In this document: piece by piece, positions 1 through 11,660 of the stretch
Layout: each line of letters opens with the position of its first letter
How positions within the stretch are numbered: the stretch's first letter is position 1
Source: an uncultured Chloroflexia bacterium
Lineage (GTDB): Bacteria > Chloroflexota > Anaerolineae > CG2-30-64-16
Direction: 5' to 3'
Assembly (NCBI GenBank): GCA_963774265.1
Contig: CAVZDU010000003.1
Location: forward strand, 480,001 to 544,000
DNA length: 64,000 bases
Notes under the pieces: model-generated
Seen by the model: the letters and a program-made list of their open reading frames with translations, nothing else
Told to the model about the DNA's origin: nothing
The model's database searches: none
Program-made: the position numbers and the translations under genes

Positions 1-2
1 AC

Positions 3-728
3 CTGGGCCTGGCTACCGATGGCGACGCAGACCGCATCGCGCTGATCGACGAGCGCGGAAACTTCATCGACATCAACGATCTGTTGCTGCTGCTCTACTG
101 GTATCTGCACGAGGTCAAGGGGCAACGCGGGGGCGTGGTGCGCAACCTGGCAACCACCCATCTGCTGGACCGGCTGGCGGACTCGTTCGGCGAGAAGTGC
201 ATTGAGACGCCGGTCGGGTTCAAATGGATTGCCGCGGCCATGGTGGAGAACAAGGCGCTGCTGGGCGGTGAGTCCAGCGGCGGCCTGACCATTCGCGGCC
301 ACATCCTGGGCAAAGATGGCATCTTCGCCGCGGCGCTGATCATCGAGATGCTGGCGGTGACAGGCAAGCACATCTCAGAACTGCAGGAGTTGGTCTGGAA
401 CATCACCGGACGACTCTACTCCGCCGAGGATAATCTGCCCGCGACCGCGGATATGCGCATCATCGTACCCCAACGCGTCAAGGCGTTAGTGACAGACGGC
501 CAAGCGCCCTATCCCGTGGCCCAGGTCTCCGAAATCGATGGCACAAAAATCACCTTCCAGTCAGGTGATCCCCGAGTGGCCTCCGGGGCGTGGGTGCTGC
601 TGCGCTTCTCAGGCACCGAACCGGTGCTTCGCATTTTCGCCGAGGCCGAGACACCTGAGAAGGCGCGTGAACTGGTGGATTGGCTCAAACAGGGCGCCGC
701 AGTACAGCAGGCGCCACGAACCCACTAG
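3..728 (+). CDS. Phosphoglucomutase/phosphomannomutase family, 5'-truncated by the window edge
   Basis: Frame from nt 3 reads LGLATDGDADR (metal loop); also TPVGFK, GGESSGG and RFSGTEP motifs. Confidence 0.93.
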   Translation: MGLATDGDADRIALIDERGNFIDINDLLLLLYWYLHEVKGQRGGVVRNLATTHLLDRLADSFGEKCIETPVGFKWIAAAMVENKALLGGESSGGLTIRGHILGKDGIFAAALIIEMLAVTGKHISELQELVWNITGRLYSAEDNLPATADMRIIVPQRVKALVTDGQAPYPVAQVSEIDGTKITFQSGDPRVASGAWVLLRFSGTEPVLRIFAEAETPEKARELVDWLKQGAAVQQAPRTH

Positions 729-764
729 CGTGTATGAGAATTCAAGCGGGAGGCATCAACAACA

Positions 765-1940
765 ATGCGCATCGCAAACCGGGACTACACACGCTCTGAA
801 GTCCTGCGTCGTGTCGGAAACGTCAGCCAGCTCGCCGGCACACGACACACCGTATTGGCGGAAGGCCGCGCAAAAGGAATCGCAGCGATCGATTTCGACA
901 CCGGCGCAGGACTGCGATTCATCGTCCTGCCCGACCGGGGCCTGGACATCTCGGCGGCGGGATATAGAGGCACTAACCTGGTGTACCAGACCCCGAACGG
1001 CGAAGTGCACCCGGCGTTCTATGAGCCGGAAGGGCTGGGCTGGCTGCGCACCTTCTTCGGCGGCCTGCTGACCACCTGCGGGCTGACCTACCTGGGGGCT
1101 CCCGGCCGCGACGGCGATGAGGATCTGGGGCTGCATGGCCGCTACGCGGCCACCCCGGCGCGCCGGGTCTGTGATCGCTCACGATGGGAGGGCGACGACT
1201 ACGTCCTGGAAGTCTCGGGGGTGATGGAGGAATGCCGGCTCTTCGGCGACAAGCTGCGCCTGACGCGAACCATCACCACTCGCGCCGGCGCCAAGTCCCT
1301 GGCCATCCACGACGTCGTGGAGAACTTCGGCCACCGCCCGTCGCCCTTTACGATCCTGTACCACATCAACTTTGGTTTTCCGCTCCTCGATGCCGGCAGT
1401 CGCGCCATCGTCGCCGCGGCCGAGAGCACGCCCTACGATGCGCGTTCGGCAGAGGGCATGCCCGATATGCTGGCGTTCTCCGATCCTGTGCCGCTTTACG
1501 AGGAGCAGAACTTCTCCCACCGCATGGGGATCGACGCCGAAGGGTGGACCTGCGCCGCGCTGATCAACCCCACCCTGCACGGCGGGCTGGGTGTCTACAT
1601 CAAGTTCGACGGCCGGGCCCTGCCCTACCTGAACGAGTGGAAAATGATGGGGGAAGGTGACTACGTGGCAGCCCTGGAACCCTGCAACGCCCCTTGCGAA
1701 AACCGTGGCTCGCTGCGTGCAAAGGATCTTCTACCCTATCTGGCCGCGGGCGCCGCGCAGGAGTTGCGCGTGGAAATCGGTGTACTGGAAGGCGAAGCCG
1801 AGAATCCGCAGCTTCGAACAACGCGCGGCCGCGTGCCTGTCCACCGGCGCTCCTCCGGGCTCGCTGCGATAGGTAACGTCAAACCCTTCGGGTCTTGCCT
1901 GCCCGAAGGGTTTTCTAGAGTTACACCCGGTGCACCTTGA
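765..1940 (+). CDS. Aldose 1-epimerase-like (DUF4432) protein; true C-terminus probably near 1870 (likely frameshift ~1800)
   Basis: [30 protein letters not shown] and ALEP motifs; the tail runs through a hairpin into the opposite gene. Confidence 0.85.
   Translation: MRIANRDYTRSEVLRRVGNVSQLAGTRHTVLAEGRAKGIAAIDFDTGAGLRFIVLPDRGLDISAAGYRGTNLVYQTPNGEVHPAFYEPEGLGWLRTFFGGLLTTCGLTYLGAPGRDGDEDLGLHGRYAATPARRVCDRSRWEGDDYVLEVSGVMEECRLFGDKLRLTRTITTRAGAKSLAIHDVVENFGHRPSPFTILYHINFGFPLLDAGSRAIVAAAESTPYDARSAEGMPDMLAFSDPVPLYEEQNFSHRMGIDAEGWTCAALINPTLHGGLGVYIKFDGRALPYLNEWKMMGEGDYVAALEPCNAPCENRGSLRAKDLLPYLAAGAAQELRVEIGVLEGEAENPQLRTTRGRVPVHRRSSGLAAIGNVKPFGSCLPEGFSRVTPGAP
1881..1913. terminator. Inverted repeat between convergent genes (terminator or REP-like)
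   Basis: AAACCCTTCGGG-9nt-CCCGAAGGGTTT, perfect 12-bp arms. Confidence 0.65.
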
Positions 1941-3252
1941 ACTGGGGCAGGTAGTCACGGTGCTGCGCGAATAGCTCGTTGGTCATCGACCGGATCTCGG
2001 CCAGCGATAGCACCGCGGCCGTCAGCGGGTCGTGGCAGATGGCGCGATAGACCGCCACGGGATCGCCGGTCAGCGCCGCCTGGATCGCGAGTTCTTCGAT
2101 GCCGCTGGAGAGCTGGGTCAGGAGCGCGCATTCGGGCGGCAGCGCGCCGACATGTATCGGATGGAACCCGGCCTTGTCCACCAGCACCGGCACCTCGACG
2201 CACGCGCCCCTCGGCAGGTTCGTGATCAGGTCGGTGTTGGGCACGTTGCCGTTGAACACGAATTTCTCGCCCCCGCGCAGCGCGTTGATGATGTGGGCCG
2301 CGTACTCTTCACCGCGCGCCAGGTCTTCCGGCGCAAGCTCCCGCGCCAACTCCTTCTTGACGATCTCCACCCAGGTGGCCTCGTTGTCCTGGTATTCCTT
2401 CAGGATGTAGGCGTATTCTCCCGGATTCCAGCCGGTGCCGTGGGTGCAGTACTTTTCGATCAGGTCGGGACGCTTGCGGAACCACCAGTTGTACTCGGAG
2501 TTGTGCCCGCTCGACTCGGTCACGTAGTGGCCCAGCGCCAGGTACATCTCGTTGCGCACCGGCTCCTCGTTGTAGACCTCGGCGCGCTCCGTGATCGCCT
2601 CGTGGATCAAGGGGTAGGCGTCCACCCCGTTCCAGCGGTAGTCCAGGTACCAGGCCTGGTGGTTGATGCCCGCGCAGGTATAGGTGATCTCGCTGTACGG
2701 CGCGCCGATCCAGTCGGCCAGCATCATGGCTGTGCCCTGCACCGAATGGCAAAGCCCGGTCACGGGGATGAAGGTCTGCCTCTGGAGCGCGCCGCACAGC
2801 ATCGCCATCGGATTGGTGTAGTTGAGCAGCACGGCTTCCGGGCAGACCCGCTCCATGTCGCGCACGATATCCATCATGGGCGGCAGCGTGCGCAGGAAGC
2901 GGAAGATGCCGCTGGGCCCGCGGGTGTCGCCCACGTTGATATCCACTCCGTACTTCTTGGGGATCTCGATATCGTGCCGCCAGACATCGGTGCTGCCGGC
3001 CAGGATGGTCGTCAGAACGACGTCCGCGCCGCGGAGCGCCTCGACGCGGTCCAGCGTTGCCTCAACTTTGGCCGGCGTGCCGGTGGCCTCGATCAGCCTG
3101 GTCACGCCGCGACGGGCAAAGTCCAGCCGCTCCGTGTTGATGTCCATCAAGGCGATGGTGGCATCCTGCAGGATCGGGAAGGTGAGGATGTCGCGCACGA
3201 GCTCGCCGGTGAAGCCGAGACTCCCGGCGCCGATGAAGGCGATCTTGGTCAT
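1921..3252 (-). CDS. melA: GH4 NAD+-dependent alpha-galactosidase
   Basis: [36 protein letters not shown] and [10 protein letters not shown] motifs. Confidence 0.9.
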   Translation of the reverse strand: MTKIAFIGAGSLGFTGELVRDILTFPILQDATIALMDINTERLDFARRGVTRLIEATGTPAKVEATLDRVEALRGADVVLTTILAGSTDVWRHDIEIPKKYGVDINVGDTRGPSGIFRFLRTLPPMMDIVRDMERVCPEAVLLNYTNPMAMLCGALQRQTFIPVTGLCHSVQGTAMMLADWIGAPYSEITYTCAGINHQAWYLDYRWNGVDAYPLIHEAITERAEVYNEEPVRNEMYLALGHYVTESSGHNSEYNWWFRKRPDLIEKYCTHGTGWNPGEYAYILKEYQDNEATWVEIVKKELARELAPEDLARGEEYAAHIINALRGGEKFVFNGNVPNTDLITNLPRGACVEVPVLVDKAGFHPIHVGALPPECALLTQLSSGIEELAIQAALTGDPVAVYRAICHDPLTAAVLSLAEIRSMTNELFAQHRDYLPQFKVHRV

Positions 3253-3280
3253 GTGTCACACCTTTGCATTGTTGATGAGC

Positions 3281-4135
3281 TTACTTGCCCCCCAGCCCGC
3301 TGAGCGTGATGCCTTCCACGATCCAACGCTGGACGAGCAAAAAGATGAGCAGCACCGGCAGGATCACCAGCACCGAGGCTGCCATGGTGAGATTGGTCTT
3401 GTCAACCATCTGGCTGGAGTACCAGGTCAGGATGATGGGCAGCGTGCGGACGTTCTTCTCGGTCAGGACGATGAGCGGCCACAGGTAGGAGTTCCAGTTG
3501 AACATGAAAGTCAACATGCCGAATGTGGCCAGGGCCGGACCAAGCTGCGGGAGCACGATGCGCCGGTAAATCTGAAACTCGCCGGCCCCATCCACACGCG
3601 CGGCGTCGATCAACTCATTGGGGATGGACATGGCGAACTGCCGAAACAGGAAGATGCCAAAGGCGTCGATCGCGGCGGGGATGATCAAGCCCGCCAGGTT
3701 GTTGATCAGGCCGAGCCTGGCCAGTATCAGGTAGGCGGGGATCATGATGATCTGGCTGGGGATCATCATCGTCGCCAGGATGAACCAGAAGAGCACCCGC
3801 TTCCCCTCGAATTGGTACTTGGCGAAGATGAACCCGAAAAGCGAGCTGGTGAAAAGCACCTGGACCACGTTGGCGAGCGCGATGATCGCGGAGTTCCTGT
3901 AGAAATTTCCCAGCGGGAGGTTGGGGTCGTTCAGGACGCGCGTGTAGTTGGCCAGCGTGAAATCCTGCGGGAAGAAGGTGGGAGGCACCTGGCGGATCTC
4001 GGCCAGCGGCTTGAACGAGCTCAGCACCATCCACGCGAACGGCAGCAAGGTGATCAGGCTGGCCGGAACCAGGATGAAGTAGGCCAGGTTGAGCCGCCGC
4101 CGGGGCCGATATCGGGAGTGAGTTGCAGTTGCCAC
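3281..4135 (-). CDS. Carbohydrate ABC transporter permease (MalG-like)
   Basis: EAA-loop ELIDAARVDGA; likely GTG start at 4135, 2 nt after the upstream stop. Confidence 0.9.
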   Translation of the reverse strand: MATATHSRYRPRRRLNLAYFILVPASLITLLPFAWMVLSSFKPLAEIRQVPPTFFPQDFTLANYTRVLNDPNLPLGNFYRNSAIIALANVVQVLFTSSLFGFIFAKYQFEGKRVLFWFILATMMIPSQIIMIPAYLILARLGLINNLAGLIIPAAIDAFGIFLFRQFAMSIPNELIDAARVDGAGEFQIYRRIVLPQLGPALATFGMLTFMFNWNSYLWPLIVLTEKNVRTLPIILTWYSSQMVDKTNLTMAASVLVILPVLLIFLLVQRWIVEGITLSGLGGK

Positions 4136-4137
4136 GG

Positions 4138-5133
4138 CTAGTACTCCCATTCCGTGCGCATCAGGCGCGTCTGGACGATCGAGATGGAGAGGATCATCAG
4201 GAACATCACCAGCGAAACGGCCGCGGCCCAGCCCATCTTCTGGTAACGGAAGGCGTAGTTGTAGATGTTCAGCAGCAGCACCTGGGTCTGGTCCTCTGGC
4301 CCGCCCTGGGTCATCACCTGGATAATGTCGAACACCTGGAAGGCAGAGATCATGGTCAGGACTGCGGCCAGGAGGATCGTGGGCATCAGCAGCGGCACAA
4401 CGATGCGCGTCAGCATGTGCCAACCATTGGCGCCATCGATCCGGGCCGCGTCTTTGATGGTCTGCGGGATGCCCTGGAGCGCGGCGATGAAGATGACCAG
4501 GTTGTAGCCCAGGTCTTGCCACAGGTAGGCGACGATGACGGCCAGCAAGGCCACCGGGACGCCCAGGACGACGAGGTTGGGATCGCCGGTCCAGTTGATG
4601 CCGGTCAGCTTGCCCGTGAAGAGCCGGATGATGCCGTTCAACAGGCCTCTCTGCGGGTGGTAGATGAACTGCCACATGATGGCCACACCCACGGAAGGCG
4701 CCAACACTGCCAGGAAGAAGAAGGTGCGGAAGATGCCCTTGACACCCTCGTGCACCGATTCGATCAAGACCGCAAGGGGCAGGGTGACCAGCAGGTTAAG
4801 CGGGACGACGATGGCCGCAAAGAGGAGCGTCGTCTTGACACCGATGTGGAACTGGCGGACCTCCAGCGGCGCGCCGGGTGCGAAGTCCAGCATGTTGCGG
4901 AAGTTGCCCAACCCGATGAAGGGGTTGTTCTCGCCAAAACCGAGGAAACCTCCGCCTGCCCGGCGCGCGCTGTAGTCGAAAAACGCCAGCGCCAACCCCC
5001 AGACCAGGGGGAACAAAGTCCAGAACGCCATGTAGAGGACCAACGGCGAAACCGCGAGGCGTACAAAGCGCCTCTCGGCCGCGTCGCGCCCCTGGCGAGC
5101 TTCCCGCGGACGGAAATGGTGGGATTGCGCCAA
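4138..5133 (-). CDS. Carbohydrate ABC transporter permease (MalF-like)
   Basis: DAARIDGA loop, MTQGGP motif and multiple TM segments. Confidence 0.9.
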   Translation of the reverse strand: MAQSHHFRPREARQGRDAAERRFVRLAVSPLVLYMAFWTLFPLVWGLALAFFDYSARRAGGGFLGFGENNPFIGLGNFRNMLDFAPGAPLEVRQFHIGVKTTLLFAAIVVPLNLLVTLPLAVLIESVHEGVKGIFRTFFFLAVLAPSVGVAIMWQFIYHPQRGLLNGIIRLFTGKLTGINWTGDPNLVVLGVPVALLAVIVAYLWQDLGYNLVIFIAALQGIPQTIKDAARIDGANGWHMLTRIVVPLLMPTILLAAVLTMISAFQVFDIIQVMTQGGPEDQTQVLLLNIYNYAFRYQKMGWAAAVSLVMFLMILSISIVQTRLMRTEWEY

Positions 5134-5150
5134 CGCCAGCTCCCCGTAGC

Positions 5151-6563
5151 CTACTCGAACGAGCCCCGCACCTCGCTCTCGACGGTCTGAAGCGTCTCTT
5201 CGAGCGTGGCATTCCCCTGCAGGAAGTTTAGGACCGTCGGGTAGGTGACCTCATACCAGACGAAGTCGCGGTCGGGGAATCGACCCTCAAACTGCCCGTA
5301 CTTGAGCAAGCCAAAGAAGGGTTCGAAGTAGGGGAACTCGCCCACCAGCTTCTCGGCGTTGGCGCCCGCCACGTTCTCCACAAGCGCCGGCAGCGTCCCG
5401 GAGGCCAGGTTCCACTCCGCCGCATTGGCGGGATCGAGCGCGGCAAACTTGACGAATTCCCATGCGGCATCCTGAGCCTTGCTGTTGGCCGAGACGGCAA
5501 GCCCCCAGCCGGAGGCAGCCGCAAAGACCGGCTCAGCGCCGACGCTGGGCAGAGGCTGGTAGATCGTCGCGGCGGCGACCTCCGGGTAGTCTCCGCTGTA
5601 CTCGGGAATGGCCCACGGTCCGACCAGGCCGATGGCGCTGGTCTCGGCGAAGAACGAGTCGCCGACCCAGTTCACCTCATCCGTGAAGAGCTTCGGGTCC
5701 ACCAGCCCCTCGTCCACCAGGCGCTTCATCATCTCGAGGGTCTTGACCCCTTCGGGGGTGTTCACGGTGTAGACACCGTCCTTGAGGTATTGGCCGCCGT
5801 ACTGCAGGAAAAGAGAGTGGAACATGGTGGCGATGCCGTCCGACCCGGTGAAGTTGAGCCCGGCACGGGTCATCACGCCGTCCTGCACCACGGCTAGCTT
5901 CTTGGCGTCGGCGATGACCTCATCCCAGTCCGCCCAGCCATCCTGGTACCCGGTGGCGCCGGCTTCCTTGGCCAGCTTGGTGTTCAGCAGCACGGCGCCG
6001 TACTCGATGTTGAACTCCTGTGGCAGTCCGTACAACTTTCCGTCGCACTGATAGCCGCCAAGCGGCGCGGCGAACAGCTTGGCCTCAGCATCCGTTGCGG
6101 AGATGACCGTATCCGGGACCGGGGCCAGGTTACCGCCTTCGGCAAACGAACACACCCACGAACCGAAGAGGTGCAAAATGTCGGCTTCAGTCTTGGCCGG
6201 CAGTGCAGTTTGCAGGGTCTGGATGTACGTATCGTAGTCGAAGGTCTCGAACACGATCTCGACATTGGGGTGGGTCAGCTTGTACTTGTCGGCCAGCACC
6301 CGGAAGCCGCTGCTGAACGACTCATTCTGGTGTGACCAGAGGCGAAGGGTGACCTTCTCCTGGGGTGCGGCTGCGGGGGCCTGAGTCGCTTCTGCGGGCT
6401 TTTCGGTTGCGGCTGCGGGTGCCTGGGTCGCTTCTGCGGGCTTTGCGGTTGCCGCGGCTGGCTCCGCCGCGGCCGGGGCGGTGGTCGCCTGGGGTGCTGC
6501 GGGGGTCGCACAGGCCGTAAGCACCAGCGCGACCACGACTGCGAACAGACAGAACCTTCTCAT
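5151..6563 (-). CDS. Sugar ABC substrate-binding lipoprotein
   Basis: Lipobox LTAC, repeated KPAEATQAPAAA linker, DGKLYGLP motif; AGGAGG RBS. Confidence 0.9.
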   Translation of the reverse strand: MRRFCLFAVVVALVLTACATPAAPQATTAPAAAEPAAATAKPAEATQAPAAATEKPAEATQAPAAAPQEKVTLRLWSHQNESFSSGFRVLADKYKLTHPNVEIVFETFDYDTYIQTLQTALPAKTEADILHLFGSWVCSFAEGGNLAPVPDTVISATDAEAKLFAAPLGGYQCDGKLYGLPQEFNIEYGAVLLNTKLAKEAGATGYQDGWADWDEVIADAKKLAVVQDGVMTRAGLNFTGSDGIATMFHSLFLQYGGQYLKDGVYTVNTPEGVKTLEMMKRLVDEGLVDPKLFTDEVNWVGDSFFAETSAIGLVGPWAIPEYSGDYPEVAAATIYQPLPSVGAEPVFAAASGWGLAVSANSKAQDAAWEFVKFAALDPANAAEWNLASGTLPALVENVAGANAEKLVGEFPYFEPFFGLLKYGQFEGRFPDRDFVWYEVTYPTVLNFLQGNATLEETLQTVESEVRGSFE

Positions 6564-6721
6564 CGTACTCCTCCTTGAGTCAATGGCAGCAGGAAAATGC
6601 GGATCACTGCCCGGATGCAGAATTCAGTATATCATACATCGACCGGGTGCTTGACACGCAATGGGCGTCGCAAACGCCGTGAGAGTCGCCACCACCGCCG
6701 ATGATCGAGTCAAGTCCAGCG

Positions 6722-6965
6722 CTACTTTGCCACAACGCTGAGCCTGCTTACCTGGATGTACGGCAGCAGACCAGGGTGCCACGCTCCTGGCCCGCTCACC
6801 CACTCGCGCTCCTGGCTGATGCTCGCGATGTCACGCAGCGCGCCGTACGCGTTGCCGGCCAGCATGACATCCTTCACGCGGCCCACGATTTCGCCGTTCC
6901 TCGATACGGATATCCGGGTACTCGACGTCGTGCGACTTCAGTGCCTGCTCCAAGCGATCGCGCAT
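6722..6965 (-). pseudogene. Collapsed tldD/pmbA(tldE)-like remnant
   Basis: RBS + MRDRLEQALKSHDVEYPDIRIE joined out of frame to NGEIVGRVKDVMLAGNAYGAL...LPYIQVSRLSVVAK*. Confidence 0.7.
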
Positions 6966-7122
6966 GGCTGTGCCTCCTTTTTTGTGCGCCCTCAGTATAC
7001 CCCCGATTGCCCCTGATGGCTCACAAACGTCACGAGAGAAGACCGGTCGCGAGCCATTGTGCTGTTATGACGATTGTGGTATCCTAACTCATGAGAATGT
7101 CACTTGGTGCAGGAGTTGTGCA

Positions 7123-7490
7123 ATGTCTGAATTGGCAGCCGATTACCAGACGGTTGTCGGACGCTTGGGAGTGCTAGAAAACGAGCTGCGGCAGTTGCGC
7201 GATCTGGTGACAGCCAAGTCCCAATCGGTATCCCCGTCGACTGCGGCCGATCACCTATATATCACGCAGGTACAGAGTATCTTGGGTGGCGAGCCCATCA
7301 TCAAGGGAACCCGAACGCCAGTGCGGGCAGTGGTGGAGCACTGGAAATTCGGTGATGCACCTGAAGAAATCGTCCGCAAGCTGCCGCACTTGCGCTTGGC
7401 GGAAGTCTTCGATGCGTTAGCTATTACGACGACCACCGCGCCGAAGTCGAGCGTTTGATCGCCCTAAACCGAGTCGCAGCCGATGGCTGA
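7123..7490 (+). CDS. DUF433-type antitoxin (probable frameshift ~7420)
   Basis: ILGGEPIIKGTRTPV motif; continuation YYDDHRAEVE in another frame. Confidence 0.85.
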
Positions 7491-7857
7491 ACGCGCCGAC
7501 CAGGAGTTGGAGGCGCTCTACGTGCACCTTTACTGCGACGAAGATGTGTCTGCCGGCATCGTCGAAAACATGCTCCAGCGCGGCTTTGATGTGCTGAGCG
7601 CCCGTGAAGCTAATCGCTTACACCTGGATGACGACGCGCAACTGGCTTTCGCAGTAGCCACCCAACGCGCCCTGTTCACCCACAACCGATTCGATTTCGA
7701 ACAGAGGCACAGCCAATATCTGGCAGAAGGACGTCAACACTACGGTATTATCCTGGCGCGACGTCGTCCAAGCGATTCAGATGTTGTTGCCAGGCTGTTG
7801 ACTCTGCTCAACTCGATCACAAGGGACGAAATGGTCAACCAACTCCGCTACATTTGA
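7483..7857 (+). CDS. DUF5615 PIN-like toxin
   Basis: LYCDEDV, DDDAQLAFA, LFTHNRFDF and HYGII motifs; overlaps the DUF433 gene. Confidence 0.85.
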   Translation: MAERADQELEALYVHLYCDEDVSAGIVENMLQRGFDVLSAREANRLHLDDDAQLAFAVATQRALFTHNRFDFEQRHSQYLAEGRQHYGIILARRRPSDSDVVARLLTLLNSITRDEMVNQLRYI

Positions 7858-7872
7858 ACATCCCAAAGTTCG

Positions 7873-8060
7873 TTACAACCGCCAATTATCCACCGGTGAC
7901 GCCTTCTGGTGCGCCCTGGCGCAGTCGGTCTGCGGGATGCGGGCGTAGCGCTTCACCATCTCGATATCGGAATGCCCCAGCAGCGCCTGCAGCGTGAACA
8001 GGTCGCCCTCGTTGCGCAGATAGGTGATGGCGAAGGTGTGGCGGGATGTGCGCTGAGGGC
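7873..8060 (-). pseudogene. Tyrosine recombinase C-terminal fragment
   Basis: [34 protein letters not shown]; no N-terminal part is present. Confidence 0.85.
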
Positions 8061-8090
8061 AGATATGCGACCACGAGGAGTGGGAGTGCG

Positions 8091-11000
8091 ATGGAGGCGG
8101 GCGCCGACAGGCGAGTGTCACCCCGATTGATTGGCCGGCAGGAGGAGATCGGACGGCTAGGCAGCGCCTTGTCCGAGGCCGTGCGGGGTGCAGGCCAGTG
8201 TGTCCTGATTGCGGGCGACGCGGGCATCGGCAAGACCCGGCTGATCGCGGAGCTGCGTGCAGGCTTCCAGGGGCGCGTCTTCGCGGGGCAATGCTACGAA
8301 GAAGAAACCTCCTTCGCGTTCGCCCCACTGCAGGCTGCGCTGCGAGGGTTGCTCGAGGCTGCGGATGCGGCAGTGGCCGAACTACTGGAGCACCGCGCCG
8401 ATGGCCTGGCCCGCCTGCTGCCCGAGCTGGCCGATCGTAGCACTGCACGTCCCCTTGCCGGGGAAGAGGGCAATCCGACCGCGAGCCAGCGCGTGCTCTT
8501 TGAGGCGATGGCCGGGCTGCTGTTTGACCTGGCAGCCCGTCAGCCCCTGCTCGTCGTCTTCGAGGACCTGCACTGGAGCGACGAGAGCACGCTGGCGTTC
8601 ATCCGTTTCCTGGCGCGGCGGCTGAGGAGCCGTGCGGTTCTGCTCATCGGGACCTACCGGCCCGGCACGGTCCCCGAGACCCTCGCGGACCTGAACGTTG
8701 CACTGGAGCGCGAGCATCTCGCGCAGCACATTACACTTGCGCCGCTGGTTCGCGCTGAGGTGGAGGGCCTCCTGCGCAGCATCCTTGACAGCGCACAACC
8801 CATCAGCGCAGATTTCCTTGATGCGGTCACGGCTTTTTCCGAAGGCAACCCCCTCCTCGTCGAAGAGCTCGTGGCTGCGATGATCCAGGCCGGCGATATC
8901 TACCAGGCCGACGGCGTCTGGGCGCGCAAACCCGTGCACGAGCTGCGTGTGCCGCGCAACATGCAAGACGGTGTGCAGCGGCGCACCGAGAAACTGACTC
9001 CCGAAGCGCGGCGAGTGCTGACGCTGGCCGCGGTGGCCGGCCGCGAATTTGACTTCGAGATGCTCAGCCAGGTTACGGGCCTGGGCGAGGGGGACCTTCT
9101 ACGCGGGGTTGAAGGAGCTGATCCGGGCCGGCTTCATCAGCGAAGAGCGCGCAGATGCCTTCGTCTTCCGGCACCCGCTGCTGAGAGAGGCAGTGCAGGG
9201 GCAACTATTGGCGCGCGAGCGGCGTACGCTCCACGCGCAGATCGCGGGCGCGCTCGAACGCCTGCACGGCGCGGATGTGGGAGCGTACACGGCCGAGCTG
9301 GCATACCACTACCATGAAGCGGCGGCCTGGGAACAGGCGCTGCCCCATGCACGCCGCGCCGGAGAGCGGGCGCGGCAGCTCGACGCGACACCGCGAGGCG
9401 CTCAGCCACTTCACCCGCGCACTGGACTGCGCGCAGCATCTGGGCAGCGAGGCGCCGCTCGACCTGTTGCTGGCGCGAGCCGATCTCTACGAGCGGGTCG
9501 GCGAGTTCAATGCAGCTGATGCCGACCTGACCGCGGCCCTGCACGGAGCAGAGCAGGCGACCCGCCTGGCTGAGTCATGGCAGGCACTCTCGAAACTGGG
9601 GTACCTGTGGGCTGCCCACGACTATGATCGCAGCCTGGCCTGGTTCGAGCGCGCGTTGGCCGTCGCCAATGCGTTGGAGGATCCCCTGGTCCAGGCAGAA
9701 ACCTTGAACCTCATCGGCAACGTTTACCTCAACCGCGACCTGCCTGACGCGGCCTTGCCCTATCACCAGGCGGCGCTGGCCGCGTTTGAGTTGGTCGGGG
9801 ATTTGGCGGGCCAGGCCAACACGCTGGAGTTGATGGCGGTCAGCAACTATAACCTGCCCGATGTGTTGGCGGGTGCAGAGTGCGAAGAGCGGGCGCTCGC
9901 TCTGGCTCGCGCGGCCGGCGCCCGCTCCGTCGTCTTTCACGCGTCGATTCACCTGCTCCTGCCTGTTCGGTTCGAGACCGAGGTGGGGCCACCGGTAGAA
10001 TCTCAACGCCTGGTTCAGTTGGGGGAGGAGGCTCTGGCGCTGGCGCGTGCGATGAGCTGGGCGGGCGGCGAAGCGCAGGCGCTCGGGCTACTGGGCGGGT
10101 TTCATGGGCTTCTTGGGCACTACGATCGCGGCCTGGCACGCCTTCACGAGAGTCTGCAGTTGGCCGAGCAACTCGATCATGCCGCCGGGATCTCCGCGTC
10201 AGAGCGCATGATCGCATCTATCTTGCTCGACCTGTTGGCCTTCGATGAAGCGGCTGACCGGCTGCGCCGTGCGTGGACGCTGGCAACCGGGGCCGGCGCC
10301 CTCCTGTTTGCGGACATCGCGGCCCTGGCCCTCGCGCAAACGCTGGCAGCCCGCTGTGGGCCTGGGGACCTGGCCGAGGCTGCCGATCTGCTGGCCGGCT
10401 TGCTCTCCGGCAGTACTCTGCGAGGAGGCCGCAATCCGCGCGAGGCCCTGGCCACGCGTGCGGAGCTCGAGCTGGCGCAAGGGCGGTCCGCCGCTGCGGT
10501 GGGCACTCTCGAATCTCTGATCGCAGCAACGCGCCACCTTCCGAGCCACGGCTTATCCGCGATTCCGCGCCTTGCGCTGCTATTGGGCCGAGCCCTCATG
10601 GCGGTAGGACGTACTGAAGAGGCAGAGGATGCGCTCCAGGCGGCCGTGGCCGGCGCGGATGCCCAAGGCCGTGAGCCCTTGCTGTGGCGCGCTCACGCGG
10701 CCCTCGGCAGGCTGCGCCTGGATCTGAAGCAACGTCGTGTGGCCCAGGATGAGTTTGGTCGTGCCCGTGCGCTGATAGCCGGGCTTGCCAGCGCCGTACC
10801 GGACGCGAACCTGCCGCGAAGCGTTTATGCGGAAAGCCCTGGCGACCATCCCCCTTCCCCCCGTGCCAACTGAACGGCGAGTGGTGGCGCAGGCGCATCA
10901 TGGGCTCACCGAGCGCGAGCGCTCCGTGGCCACGCTGGTGGCCCGCGGGCACTCGAACCGGGAGATCGCGGACGCCCTGGTCATTTCCGAACGCACCGTG

Positions 11001-11093
11001 GAGCGCCATGTCGCCAATGTCCTCGCCAAACTCGGGCTGGCATCGCGCGTCCACCTCGCGGCGTGGGTGACTGAAAACCTCCCTTCGCCGTAG
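8091..11093 (+). CDS. Large AAA ATPase-TPR-LuxR regulator (LAL/MalT-like), three apparent frameshifts
   Basis: Walker A GDAGIGKT, Walker B VFEDLHW, GNPL, and C-terminal LTERE...SNREIA...TVERHV HTH. Confidence 0.88.
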
Positions 11094-11214
11094 CCATCCC
11101 CCACGAAAATCTGAGTGCTCGGCCCTGAAAAAGTGGGTGCTGCCGCCGATGCCGGAACCGGCCGCGCCTGTTATCCTACCCTTAGTGTTGAGATAGGGTA
11201 CAAGGAGGGTTCAA

Positions 11215-11649
11215 ATGTCAAGCAAGCAGAACATCGCCGCGCTTCAGCGGCTGATCGAGGGTGGGTTTGGACGGGGCGATCTGCAGGTGGTGGACGAGGT
11301 GGTGGACGCTAACGCGGTGGAGCATCAACCGGGCATCGAGCCGCCGAATCGCGAAGGCGTCAAGCGGGCGATCCGGTTCCTGCACACGGCGTTTCCCGAT
11401 TTCCAGGTCACACTGCAGCACATCGTGGCGGATGGCGACATGGTCTGGTGCCACTTCACGGCACGCGGCACGCACCTTGGGCCTTTTGGCCAAGTACCGC
11501 CAACGGGCAAGCGTATGACGATCGACGTCATCGATATTGCCCGCTTCAGCGACGGCCGAATCGTCGAACATTGGGGCATTGCTGATCGTTTCAGCCAGGC
11601 CGAGCAGTTGGGACTGCTATCCCAACGGCGCGAGCCTGTGGCCGGGTGA
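11215..11649 (+). CDS. SnoaL-like ester cyclase
   Basis: AFPD, RGTHLGPF, PPTGK and GRIVEHW motifs. Confidence 0.88.
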   Translation: MSSKQNIAALQRLIEGGFGRGDLQVVDEVVDANAVEHQPGIEPPNREGVKRAIRFLHTAFPDFQVTLQHIVADGDMVWCHFTARGTHLGPFGQVPPTGKRMTIDVIDIARFSDGRIVEHWGIADRFSQAEQLGLLSQRREPVAG

Positions 11650-11660
11650 GCAGGTGAAGT

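Noticed and set aside
2032-5190. Long antisense ORFs here and at 26254-27897 and 48327-49415
   Set aside because: Shadow frames of high-GC genes on the opposite strand.
6360-6500. Short tandem repeats in the sugar-binding protein and PT-rich tracts in the PPIase
   Set aside because: Ordinary low-complexity linkers of exported proteins.
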